From assembly GCF_006345805.1 (NCBI RefSeq), contig NC_042997.1, forward strand, positions 52,204,001 through 52,268,000: a stretch of 64,000 bases of DNA, written 5' to 3'. Below are positions 12,718-25,264 of the stretch, in pieces. The position numbers and the translations under genes are program-made. The notes under the pieces were generated by a model. It was not told where the DNA came from. It saw nothing but the letters and a program-made list of their open reading frames with translations, and made no database searches. The DNA comes from Octopus sinensis. Lineage: Eukaryota. How positions within the stretch are numbered: position 1 is the first letter of the stretch; the number at the start of each line of letters is the position of its first letter.

Positions 12718-13085
12718 TAGGTGCAGGTATGGTTGTGTGGTAAGAAGTTTGCTTCCGAACCATACGATTCGGGGTTCAGTGCCACTGTGTGGCACCTTGG
12801 GCAAGTGTCTTTTACCATAGTCTCAGGCAGACCAAAGCCTTCTGAGTGAATTTAGTAGATGGAAACTGAAAGAAGATGGTTGTAAATATATGTGTGTGTG
12901 TCTTTGTCCCTCTACCACCACTTGACAACCAGTGCTGGTGTGTTCACATGAAACTTAGCAGTTCAGCAAAAAAAACTGATAGATTAAGTACCAGACTTTA
13001 AAAAAAAAAAAATACTGGGATCAATACATTTCAACTAAAAATTGTTCAAGGCGATGCCCCTTGACTGAAACAAATAAAAGAGAAA
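12718..13085 (+). mobile_element. tRNA-derived SINE family A (tandem to the previous copy)
   Basis: Same head, body and GACTGAAACAAATAAAAGAG-type tail. Confidence 0.8.
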
Positions 13086-14099
13086 AGACAAATGTGAAAG
13101 CTAAGTTACAGAAAATAGGACAGTGTAATGAGTTTGGTTCAGAATATGCAACAGTGTAAACAGTGTGTGTGTAAAGAGGATTGATATTTGAGTATTGTGT
13201 AGGAGGAGACAGTGTCATCAATTATGTGTAAAGAGGGAGCAATTAGGTTAACAATACAGCACTGAAAGCCTGGTTTTGATAAAGGTGTGGTAAAATTTGT
13301 GTGACAATAAAAGAATCGGGGCCAGCACAAAAGAATTATAAATGTAAAAGTTAACAGGAAAACTAACAATAATAGATAACAAATGGTCTAGTGGTAACTG
13401 TAGAGAAAAGAGAGCAGATTAGTGTTAAGGATTATTAAGAAAGGAACTGAATTTTTAATGCATTCAAAAAATGAGGTCGAATTTTGAGTATCATCATCCC
13501 ATTCTAATATCTGTTTTCCATATTGGCATGGGTTGGGCTTCTTTACAAGTGTTTGACTACCAAGTGAATTAAACACACTCAATGAACTGAATTGATAAGC
13601 AATGTACCTAATTTCACTTCCACTTCTAAATTCTTGCTAATAGCATTTAAACTTTGGTACTGAGAATTTCTTGAAAGCACACACATATTACTCATTAGTT
13701 GCAAGTCATTTATGCTATAAAACAGGATGTTTACATTTGTGGCTGCAACTCAAATGCAAAAATACAGCTACACAGATTTGTTACACACAGCTAGGACTTT
13801 AGGTGTATTGTAATTCATTTTCAATATAATTTCAGTATCATGTGTAAACAATTATGACAGTTCTTGTAATTCATTTTTTAGGACATTATTCATTCTGCTT
13901 CTGTGCTTTCAATTTCAAATGCTATTTATCAAATTAAAACATATTCAAAGTTACTACAATAAACAAATTTTTCAGGATAGAGAAACAGCTGCAAAATGAG
14001 GGGCATTACAACTGACATTATGATCAAGTCCTAAATACCAACAGCAAATATTTGCAGTTTGCAGTGGGATTAGCTATTGTAAGTAACTTCATCCAGCAA

Positions 14100-14680
14100 A
14101 GAAATGCATGGTTTTCATCAAAACTGTTGAGAAGCTAACATCAACTATTAGGACCACTTTCTCTGGCCTGCTAGCAGTAGCACAAAGCAGAGAGCTGGAA
14201 GCTGATCAACAGAAATAGCTGAAATTCCTGGAAATTGTTGCCTCAACATCACTAAACACAAACATGGTGCTGAACTGAGAAGTATCCAAATAGCTGATCA
14301 TATTAAAGTTCGTCATTTCTATAGGAGGGTTAGGAAGTCAGCAAAAAGGAGAGCAAAATATGCTGAGCTGATGGAATTATATGGAAACAAGTGGTGAGCA
14401 AGATATGATCACACTGAGACAGAATGCAAGGGGTTCCCAGGCTAATCCCTTTGCAGAGCTTACAAACTGTTGGGCATTACAAGAGTAGAGAGCAGATGGC
14501 CATCAAATCAGCCACCTTGGCTGTGAATCAAGAGAGGTGAACCACAGATAAGATAGTAATACATGGGCACTTAATCAACTACAGCTGGGTCGCCAGGGCA
14601 AGGCTAATTGTTGAAAAACCTGAAACACCCAATAACATCCCAGATAACATTACTGTTGATGTGTCCAGATGCATCACATA
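14100..14680 (+). mobile_element. HERO-like (restriction-like endonuclease) non-LTR retrotransposon 3' fragment
   Basis: Frameshifted translation gives W.L..D...LKF.EI...TSL...MVL, KRRAKYAELME and ECKGFP...LQ...LLGIT, which fit the RLE domain. It ends with a TGTTGAAAAACCTGAAACACCCAAT...GATGTGTCC 3' UTR resembling HERO elements as recalled. Confidence 0.7.
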
Positions 14681-15881
14681 ATATATGCAAAATTTTCGAT
14701 ATTTTTTCATTTTCTCTTGTTATTAGAGCAGAACTTTCCAAGACACAATAGCAGGGAAATGTAAAAAGATCTGAAGCAGGCAAAAGTGTGTTGATATCTC
14801 AGAATATTTCATTCTTCACATGTCTGCCTACCAATTCAAATATTGTAATAAAGAGTCAATTTTTAACCATTTATAATTCACAGCACTACCTTTTCAAGCT
14901 TCTATGCCTCTACTAGGGTTGTTAAAATTTAGCAATTTTTAAAGGTTTTTCTCTATTAACTCTATTAAATGAAGATTAGTTATTTTCTTTCTTTCTGACC
15001 AAACATACAATTTAAAGACTGAAGAGAAGTAGTAAGAATTCACAAAAGTGTGAATTGCAAAAATAGAAACAACTGTGTGAGAAGGGAGCAGCAATAAACC
15101 TTGAAAACATGTGCAGAAAGGGATCCCAGAAATCTTCCCTGCCAATCCAGAAAACAATTATTTATCAGGCCTTGTTTTGCCATTTCTGTTAAGAAACTTT
15201 CAACCCAGTATCAAAAGGTAGTCTTTAAGAAATATTGAGACACACTGCTTAACTGTGTGGAGATTGAATAACCAGTACATACTAACCTTTAACAAGGGAG
15301 GTACTAACAAATAACATTTATAGATAAGTATCCAAACGAAATCTTTTGTATTTGGGTTTTCTTTTCAACATGTACCTTCAGTTGTTATATAGGTCTTGTT
15401 GTAACCACAAAGAAATGCCATTCAAGAGGTGGTAATTTATTTCAGACATTATGATCCTGGGTAATGTCACATATTTGCTTCTAGTTTATAATAGATATAT
15501 TAAATTGTGTGTATGTGTGTGTGCGAGCATGCATGCACAAGAGTGGGGAATGTACAATTTCAATATACTCTGGAATTTATTCATGTTAAAATCTTGCAAT
15601 TTTCAAGCCTCTTGACATATTTTCAAAATTAAAACCTTTTACGAGTTCGAGTATGTTTTTGATGCTTTATATATGTGTATTTACGTGTGTGTGTGTGTGT
15701 AAGCAGTTGAAACCTTTATAAATTTACACACATTTCAACTTCAAATGTCACAAAACCCAATTCAACAAAAAAAAAAGAAATAAAAAGGATAAATACTGGC
15801 AAATTCAATTCACATTTCCACTTTAAATGTCACAGCAACCATTGAAATAAATAAATAAATAAATAAATATACATACATACA

Positions 15882-15936
<55 letters not shown>

Positions 15937-16231
15937 TAGCAGAGATACTAGTTGCTCAGGATTAACATGGCATATACTTTTTTTTATTGTTTTACTTGTT
16001 TCGGTTATGTGCATGCAGTCTTTAGTCGAAGAAATAGAACCCACCATTTATTGTAAGCCGAGGACTTATTCTACCGGTGTGTTTTACCAAATGGCTAAGT
16101 TATGGGGATGCAAACACAGCAACATCAGTTGTCAAACAATGGTGGGGATACAAATACAGGTACACACACAGATATATATATATATATATATATATATAGA
16201 TATATATATATATATACATACATACATGTAT

Positions 16232-16605
16232 AGGCACAGGAGTGGCTGTGTGGTAAGTAGCTTGCTTACCAACCACATGGTTCCGGGTTCAGTCCCACTG
16301 CATAGCACCTTGGGCAAGTGTCTTCTACTATAGCCTTGGGCCAACCAAAGACTTGTGAGTGGATTTGGTAGACGGAAACTGAAAGAAGCCTGTCGTATAT
16401 ATATATATGTGTGTGTGTGTACATGTCTTGTGTCTGTGTTTGTCCCTCCAACATCGCTTGACAACTGATGGTGTGTTTATGTCCAGCAAAAAAGACCAAC
16501 AGAATAAGTACAAGGCTTACAAAGAATAAGTCTGGGGTCAATTTGCTTGACTACAAGGCAGTGGTGCAGCATGGCTGCAGTCATATGACTGAAACAAAAT
16601 AAAAG
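16232..16605 (+). mobile_element. tRNA-derived SINE family A
   Basis: Near full-length copy. Confidence 0.85.
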
Positions 16606-16639
16606 AATATATCCATACATATATACATGTATGTATGTA

Positions 16640-16677
<38 letters not shown>

Positions 16678-16688
16678 AGAGATATGTA

Positions 16689-16740
<52 letters not shown>

Positions 16741-16789
16741 CATATCTCTTTTACTTGTTTCAGCCACGTGACTGCGATCATGCTGGAGC

Positions 16790-17290
16790 ACCACCATGGT
16801 CTTTCTGATTTCCTCAGTTTGGGGTGTTTCATATCACCACTCCTGTATGTGCCTTTGTCCCAGCTGTTGGTCCATTTGGTGTATAAGAGAGCATGATTCC
16901 ACTACCCTCTTCTGCACCTCATGTCAGACTGTTGGTTCATCCAATATTATGGAGAGGAGGATGTCTAGTTCCTTTTTGAAGACATCTACTTCCACCTTAT
17001 GCAGATTTCTTAATTTTTGTGACAGGGCACTGAAGAGCTGTGGGCCTTTGAATCCTAGATTATTGCAGTACCTGGTCCTGAATTTAGATGGAATGGGTGG
17101 TACCTTTGGTACAATACAATGGTAGCCAGTTCTGGCAATAGTATAACACTTAGTGCTGAAGTTAGGTACTAGTCCTTCTAGGACTTTCCGTATGTATATA
17201 ATTGCATATCTCTCATGCCAATGTTCACCAATACACTCTCCTAAGCTGCATGCTGTCTCTCTAAGAAGCGAACTCAAAGAAGAGAAAGCT
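16790..17290 (-). mobile_element. CR1/L2-type LINE 3' fragment
   Basis: ORF 16924-17277 contains RTRYCNNLGFKGPQLFSAL...VDVFKKELDILLSIILDEPT, an ORF2 C-terminus. Confidence 0.7.
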
Positions 17291-18002
17291 TCATCAGTAC
17301 TCTAGCAACATGATCAAGCAGAACATAGAGGCTCACTCAATAGCATGGAGATCAAAGTAGTATCAACACATAGAACTGACACAACACTTAGACAGATCAC
17401 AGAGGCTACACACATAGCAATAGACAGACCAAACCTCAACAGAAAACATGAATGGATCAATAACACCCACCACAACACCACACATGGTGACTAAAGACTG
17501 AAGGGAGAAAAAATATACAAACAGCATAATACACATACAATAGAAATATGCACATACCTATGATATATATGAAAAAAAAAATACTGTATAAAGGGCATGG
17601 ATACAAACAACATAGCAAGCAAACCCATATACATGAACAAATGCATACGGTAACTTCACAGACAACCACAACAATATCAACAACATGACTAACAACAATG
17701 GCAACAACAACAACATCTACCACGATAGCAGCAGCGTGGGTGAAGACACACAGTGAATTACAAGAATGGTATAAAAAGTTGGCGTCAAGGGCAGCAGCAA
17801 CAGCAACGGGGTACGGGACAGGAGTGAGGGGAGGGTCGTTATGCTACTAAGGACAATGACACACACACATGCGCATATAAGGATACACATCATAGTACAG
17901 AATGGAATAAGTAGAGCAAGAGCACATACGAAGACAGAAAGTATTGCTGAGGAGATCACAGGTGTGCAACAAAAGATTTCTGGACACTGGACAGGAGTTA
18001 GA

Positions 18003-18362
18003 ATCATCATCATCATCATCATCATCATCGTTTAACGTCCGTTTTCCACGCTAGCACGGGTTGGACGGTTCGACCAGGGTCTGGGAAGCCAGGGGCTGCA
18101 CCAGGCCCCAGTCTGATCTGGCAGTGTTTCTACAGCTGGATGCCCTTCCTAACGCCAACCACTCCGCGAGTGTAGTGGGTGCTTTTTACGTGCCACCTGC
18201 ACAGGAGCCAGGGGAGTCCGGCATCGGCCACGATGGGTTGGTGCTTTTAACGTGCCACCGGCACGGAAGCCAGCCAAGGCGGCGCTTGCATCGGCCCATT
18301 TGGATGGTGCTTTTTATGTGCCACCGGCACAGAAGCCAGTCGAGGAGGCGCTGGCATCAGCC
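18003..18362 (-). mobile_element. RTE-clade 3' end (family B)
   Basis: (CAT)n tail, core and tandem ~45 bp units. Confidence 0.8.
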
Positions 18363-18859
18363 TAAGAACAGAAATAAATGAGTGAAGAACAAATATATAG
18401 TGCATGTGTTTATTTGGAAACAAAAAAAAATGACCATCCTGAAGTACAACAATATCTGTTTCAACACACAACTTCATGTAAGGAATCTTGCAACACAAAT
18501 TCATAAACGTTTTTTCATAATGTTTATTGAAAACAAACAGCATTTTGTGTAAATATCATCTATGCCTTTTTTGATAGGAAAGAGAAAAAGAAGTTATTGT
18601 CTAACCTCAGGTGAGCTCTCATTTAGCACTACTATGATCAAGGACATTACAGCCATGACTACACAATATCCCATGTGTCTTTCCTTTTTAAGACAATAAA
18701 ATGTTTTGGAGGAGATATGTCTGCTATCTCTAGTAGGTTGATAACCACATAGAGGCTCTCATTTGGCCTGAAGGGTTAGGGTCTTACCATTCACTCATCA
18801 TTCTGGCTCTATACACCCACTACATACCCTACAAGTTACCAAGACTACTCTACTCTTTA

Positions 18860-19250
18860 CTCTTTTACTTGTTTCAGTCATTTGACTGTGGCCATGCTGG
18901 AGCACCACCTTTAGTCGAGCAAATCGACCCCAGGACTTATTCTGTTGGTCTCTTTTACAGAGACATAAACACATCACCATCGGTTGTCAAGTGATGTTGG
19001 TGGGACAAACACAGACACACAAACATATACACACACATACATATATATATGCATATATATGACAGGCTTCTTTCAGTTTCCGTCTACCAAATCCACTCAC
19101 AAGGCTTTGGCCGGCCTTGTGAGTGGATTTGCTATGTGGATTCAGTCCCGCTGTAGAAGATACTTGCCCAAGGTGCCACACAGCGGGACTGAATCCAGAA
19201 CTATGTGGTTCATAAGCAAGCTACTTACCACATAGCCACTCCTACGCCTA
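18860..19250 (-). mobile_element. tRNA-derived SINE family A
   Basis: Reverse-complement full copy. Confidence 0.85.
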
Positions 19251-19567
19251 CTTGAAACATATAATACATATCAAAAACAATAACACTGGAAATTTCAAGA
19301 AGTGGGTAACAACGAAACAATGTTACCTTAGAAATGCTTTCACTCATAAGCAGCCCCTTAAACAATCCCAGTGCCTCTCCTTAGGGGTGGACAAGATGGT
19401 AACAGCTGTTTTAGCTGCTTTAGAGGAAAAAAAGCTTTCAAAATGATACATAATATTATAGGCATAGTATGGGATATGAGAGACATTAAGCAAACTCTGT
19501 TTACTGATAATGTGAAATATTGATTACTAGTTTGTGCACAAGGCGACAAATTTACAAGGGAAGGGTC

Positions 19568-20170
19568 ATCATCATCATTTAATGCCCATTCGCCACACTG
19601 GCATGGGCTGCACAGCTTCACAGGAGCTGACCAGTTGGAGAGCTGCTCAGGCTCCATTTTGTCTGTTTTGGTGTGGTTTCTACAGCTGGATGTCCTTCCT
19701 AATACTGACCACATTACAGAGTGTACAGGATGCTTTTAATGTGACACAGGCACAGGTACTTTTATGTGACACTGACATGGGAACTTTAATGTGGCACTGG
19801 CATGGGCGCTCTAATGTGGCACTGGTATGAGCACCTTTAGGCGACACCAGCAGGCATGGGTGCTTCTATGTAACACCAGCACAGGTACATTTCCATAGCA
19901 CCAGCATGGGTGCTTTTACATGACACTAGCACCCATGAGCCTGCAAAAACTAAGCCCTCTCAGTTGAGAGCGGGTTGAATAGGACATGCCTGTATGTATG
20001 GACAGCCATGATTTTACTTAGTTTCACATGTCTTTTCAAGCACAGCAAACAGCCAGAAGTTCTGGTCCCTTGTCATCTCTTCAGTGAGAAGATGACAAGG
20101 CCCTTTCTCACCAGTTTGTCCCGCATCTTCTAGGGTCTACCCCCTACAACATGTTCCCTATACAATTAGA
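19568..20170 (-). mobile_element. RTE-clade LINE 3' fragment (family B, degenerate)
   Basis: Family B tail extending into an RTE ORF2 C-terminal remnant. Confidence 0.65.
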
Positions 20171-20324
20171 CATCAGCACTTCTTGATGCAGCTGTCATCA
20201 TAGTTAATTAAGTAGATCCAGAACTTGACTGGTACCCTTGTAAGGATGAACAGGAATGTCGATTCCCGCAGAAAGAGGGATCCAACTAATTACTAAAATG
20301 TAATTTGTATATCTCTGTAATGAA

Positions 20325-20645
20325 TCATCATCATCATCGTTTAACGTCTGCTTTCCATGCTAGCATGGGTTGGATGGTTCAACTGGGGTCTGGGAAGCCA
20401 GAAGGCTGCACCAGGCCCAGTCTGATCTGGCAGTGTTTCTACAGCTGGATGCCCTTCCTAACGTCAACCACTCCGTGAGTGTAGTGGGTGCTTTTTATGT
20501 GCCAGACGAGGTTGGCAAATGGCCACGATCGGATGGTGCTTTTTACGTGCCACCGGCATGGAGACCAGATGAAACTGGCAACGGCCACGATCAGATGGTG
20601 CTTTTTACGTGTCACGTTCAGATGGTTCTCTTACGTGCCACCAGC
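20325..20645 (-). mobile_element. RTE-clade 3' end (family B)
   Basis: (CAT)n tail, core and tandem units. Confidence 0.8.
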
Positions 20646-20812
20646 ACTGGTATCACAGCTACAAATTCCATTGATGTTGATCTGATAATTAAATTAACAG
20701 AAGAAATCACATCTACCTCAAGTATAGAGTCAACTGTTGATAAGTCCTAAATGGAACAGCCCTGTTATCACTTAGCTGGTACAGCACTGTGATCACTAGG
20801 CTGATTCTGTAG

Positions 20813-20881
<69 letters not shown>

Positions 20882-21404
20882 CATACAAATAATGGGACAG
20901 TCACGGATGAAATGTCTTTGATTGTAGGTCTGCCTATTCAGGACTGATTTGGGGCTAAACAGCTATAACATTTAGATGTGTCTATGGAGTGTCATTATGT
21001 CAATATAATACATGCACTGGTTTAAACCAAATACGAAAATGAACATTATACAAAAGGCTGTGACTAAGCTAAAAAAAATTCTGAATTGGTGCAGATCTCT
21101 TCTTTACATAATAGAAAAGGCAGATATTACCTAAGCTATTTCTCAACAATACAAAAAGTATTTTAATGCAATGAATTAGTCATAATCCTCCAAACAAGTG
21201 TTATCAGATATGAAATGAACCATAAAAATATGAACACAGAGAAATTGACTGAAATGAGATTTTGTGAAAATTTAATTTTCAAATGACGTACTATTTTATA
21301 CACATATATGATAGGAGATAGGGTTTGTTTGTTTTTTTAAGGATTATCACCATGTTTTAGTCATTAGTGTTTTTAGTATTAACTTGGTGAATAAAACCTA
21401 CATT

Positions 21405-21760
21405 ATTCATCATCATCAATGTCTGTTTTCCATATCTGACATAGGTTAGACAGTTTGACTGAAAGTGGTAAGCCAGAGAGTTGTACCAGGCTCCAGTTGG
21501 TTTGGCTTGGTTTCTACAGCTGGATGCCCTTCCTAATACCAACTACTCCAAGAGTATGGGGGGGTACATTTTATGTGTCACTGGCACTGGCCACGACTAT
21601 AATTTCACTTGGCTTGACATGTCTTTTCAAGCACAGCAAATTGCCAAAAGGTCTCAATCACTTGTCATCACCTCTGTGAGACTCAACATCCAAAGATCAT
21701 GCTTCACCACCTCATCTTGTGTCTTCCTGAGTCTACCTTGTCCACAGGATCCCTCCACAG
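21405..21760 (-). mobile_element. RTE-clade LINE 3' fragment (family B, degenerate)
   Basis: Family B core plus RTE C-terminal remnant. Confidence 0.65.
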
Positions 21761-21994
21761 TTAGAGATTATTGTTTCATTATTAAAGCAGTGAAATGGCA
21801 GAATTGTTAGCAAACTGCACAAAATGCTATGCAGCATTCCTTTCAGTTCTTTACATTCTGAGTTTAAATCCCACCCAGGTCAACTTTGCCTTTCCTCCTT
21901 TCAGGGTCTATAAAACAAGTACCAGTCAAGTACTGGGGTTGATGTAATTGACTTGCTCCCTCCTACTAAATTTTCTTTTTTTATTTTTTATTTT

Positions 21995-22316
21995 TTACTT
22001 GTTTCAGTCATTTGACTGCGGCCATGCTGGAGCACCGCCTTTAGTCGAGCAGATCGACTGCTAAGTGACAGGGACATAAACACACCAGCATCGGTTGTCA
22101 AGCAATGCTAGGGGACAAACACAGACACACAAACACACACATATATATACATATATACGACAGGCTTCTTCCAGTTTCCGTCTACCAAATCCACTCACAA
22201 GGCATTGGTCGGCCCGGGGCTATAGCAGAAGACACTTGCCCAAGATGCCACGCAGTGGGACTGAACCCGGAACCATGTGGTTGGTAAGCAAGCTACTTAC
22301 CACACAGCCACTCCTG
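21995..22316 (-). mobile_element. tRNA-derived SINE family A (internally deleted)
   Basis: Reverse-complement copy, flanked by family C fragments at 21790-21960 and 22320-22550. Confidence 0.85.
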
Positions 22317-22564
22317 GGCCAAATTGCTCACTTTGTGCCAAACTTTGAAACCATTTATAAGGTGGTGAACTGAGAAAATTGTTAGCACACGGGACAAAAT
22401 GCTCGGTGGCATTTTTTATAGTTCTTTTCATTCTGATTTCAAAAACCACTTCCAGAGTTGATAAAATAAGGGCCAGTTGAGCACTGGGATCAATGTAACT
22501 GACTTTCCCCATCCCCCAAAATTTCAGGCCATGTGCTTAGAGTAGAACAAAAATTATTACTTAC

Positions 22565-22642
22565 TTATAATAATAATTTCTATAGGGAGCTTGTAATACC
22601 CAGCCAGACTGCTTTCGAGATAACCCCATAAAATCCAATGTC
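22565..22642 (-). CDS. MRPL18: MRPL18 coding exon 3 (TLDFMGLSRKQSGWVLQAPYRNYYY)
   Basis: Acceptor ttcaattgcag, donor AA|gtaagt. 78 nt, phase 2/2, joining exons 2 and 4 in frame. Aligns with the uL18m segment NLE...ARK.RGW...P.R.FWH. Confidence 0.88.
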
Positions 22643-24136
22643 CTGCAATTGAATTTAATAACAATGGTTCAGCAACCAATGAAGAATTTCATTTTCATTT
22701 AATCAATTATAATAATGAAATATAATTTCAAATGCTTTATATGCATTAAACAATACACAATGAATTTATACTCTTTTTCAAATATACAAAATAAAAATAA
22801 AAAAATGAACATAAATAAAAATAAGAGCCCAAATTTTATTCACTTACAATTTGCTTTTTGGCTGATGTTTTTGAAAGTATGCACATACATATATACTGTT
22901 AAATCCAAAGACTTAAAAAAAGATCTGAATTCAATACACCAATATTTTATTTTGAAATATTTCATAAACTACATTATGTTTGTCTTCCATACTGGCAGGT
23001 TTACATAGATAGCAACATAGATTTAGAGGCTTTCTTATTTTCTTTAACTAATGCTCCTTTCACCCCTGTTTCACATGTTACATCTAATGCCTCATACAAA
23101 AACACCTTTTCTTGCTCTTTCTTCTTAAAACTGAATCTCTCTGGAACTTTCTCTCCTACTCTCTCTATCATTTTGTAACTAACAACTTGAAAATTGAATC
23201 TTTGCTGCACTAACTTCCTCCAGTAATTCCATCCCTTAATCTGCGAAATCTTTGGGTACTATGCATTCTCCTAAGGTGATTTTAAATCATGCTGGTACCT
23301 TTCCCAATCAAGCAATTAGGATAAGTACACCTTTCCTTAACTTACGACCAAGTTCTGTTCCAACTGACAGATTGTAAATCATTCTGGTCGTATGTCGGAT
23401 TTTATATTTTTTAACACTATTTTCATTCAAACGGGTTATAAAAATATAAAACACAAACATTTAATCCATAATTATTGTACATAACATGAAAAATACATAT
23501 GTATTCTATTGTACTGTAAACAAAAATACAAACTAAAATCAATGTAAAAATTAATGCATATGAAATTCCACATACATACAATAAAAAAAATTGCACCTGC
23601 TAAAAAAGTGCAATTACTCTTTTACTCTTACTTGTTTCAGTCATTTGACTGTTGCCATGCTGGAGCACCGCCTTTAGTCGAGCAAATCGACTCCAGGACT
23701 TATTCTTTGTAAGCCTGGTACTTATTCTGTTGGTTTCTTTTTGCTGAACCACTAAGTTACGGGGACGTAAACATACCAGCATCGGTTGTCAAGTGATGTT
23801 GTGGGGACAAACACAGGCACACAAACATATACACACACATACATATATACATATATATATAATTAATTAATAAGGGTGAGAGAATTAGATACTAATTTAA
23901 TAGTATATCTATTCAACACCAAGTGGCCTAGTGCTCCGAGAAACCTGGATTATTATAATATTTTATAATATATTATAATATTTTTACAAAATAAATATAA
24001 GAGAGTGGTCACTATATGGCTCACTCTAGCACCAGTTAATCCAAAAGGTTTCAACCACAAAAATACATGTTTCCCATGAAAGTCAGTACGATTGTTAGCT
24101 CACACGGACAGGGCAAATAAAAAATAACAAAAATAC

Positions 24137-24230
24137 AGATTATTTTGGGACAATTGTTTCGCTATTAATGAATTAAATGTAATTTTACTTTCAAAAAAAT
24201 CCACTTGTAGCTCGTCAGCCAAAACTATCT
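24137..24230 (-). ncRNA. Type I hammerhead ribozyme (complete)
   Basis: Reverse complement of the 25171-25264 motif, with one substitution in the stem II extension. Confidence 0.82.
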
Positions 24231-24644
24231 GGATGAAATCCACTCAATCACACGCCAGATTTTACCATAACGATAAATACGCGTGTGGTTCAATTGATTA
24301 CATCCGACGTTATAATTCAAATGCCCCAACTAACAGCGCGCCAAACTTTCACGGAAAACAAATACAGCATTTAGAAATAAATGCAGCATAATTATAATTA
24401 ATTAATAAGGGTGAGAGAATTAGATACTAATTTAATAGTATATCTATTCAACACCAAGTGGCCTAGTGCTCCGAGAAACCTGGATTATTATAATATTTTA
24501 TAATATATTATAATATTTTTACAAAATAAATATAAGAGAGTGGTCACTATATGGCTCACTCTAGCACCAGTTAATCCAAAAGGTTTCAACCACAAAAATA
24601 CATGTTTCCCATGAAAGTCAGTACGATTGTTAGCTCACACGGAC

Positions 24645-24729
24645 TGGCTGACGAGCTACAAGTGGATTTTTTTGTAAGTAAAATTACATTTAATTCATTA
24701 ATAGCGAAACAATTGTCCCAAAATAATCT
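24645..24729 (+). ncRNA. Type I hammerhead ribozyme, 5' strand of stem I truncated to 3 bp
   Basis: tgg-CTGACGA-gcta...tagc-GAAAC-aatt-GTC-cca. Predicted cleavage after 24717. Confidence 0.65.
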
Positions 24730-25170
24730 GTATTTTTGTTATTTTTTATTTGCCCTGTCCGTGTGAGCTAACAATCGTACTGACTTTCATGGGAAACATG
24801 TATTTTTGTGGTTGAAACCTTTTGGATTAACTGGTGCTAGAGTGAGCCATATAGTGACCACTCTCTTATATTTATTTTGTAAAAATATTATAATATATTA
24901 TAAAATATTATAATAATCCAGGTTTCTCAGAGCACTAGGCCACTTGGTGTTGAATAGATATACTATTAAATTAGTATCTAATTCTCTCACCCTTATTAAT
25001 TAATTATAATTATGCTGCATTTATTTCTAAATGCTGTATTTGTTTTCCGTGAAAGTTTGGCGTGCTGTTAGTTGGGGCATTTGAATTATAACGTCGGATG
25101 TAATCAATTGAACCACACGCGTATTTATTGTTATGGTAAAATCTGGCGTGTGATTGAGTGGATTTCATCC

Positions 25171-25264
25171 AGATAGTTTTGGCTGACGAGCTACAAGTGG
25201 ATTTTTTTGTAAGTAAAATTACATTTAATTCATTAATAGCGAAACAATTGTCCCAAAATAATCT
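25171..25264 (+). ncRNA. Type I hammerhead ribozyme (complete)
   Basis: Stem I AGATAGTTTTGG (25171-25182) pairs with CCAAAATAATCT (25253-25264) at 11 of 12 positions. Core CTGACGA at 25183-25189, stem II GCTA/TAGC with an extended arm, GAAAC at 25241-25245, palindromic ACAATTGT stem III, GTC cleavage triplet ending at 25252. Confidence 0.85.

Noticed and set aside
22095-22373. Recurrent ORFs such as RQASSSFRLPNPLTRHWSARGYSRRHLPK (also 16132-16464, 34373-34690, 40075-40338)
   Set aside because: These are chance translations of SINE family A copies, not a protein family.
23001-23210. 69 aa ORF with a faint resemblance to the MRPL18 LY..DV..CE segment
   Set aside because: It has no in-frame splice acceptor, lies in the wrong order relative to exons 3 and 4, and the similarity is too weak.
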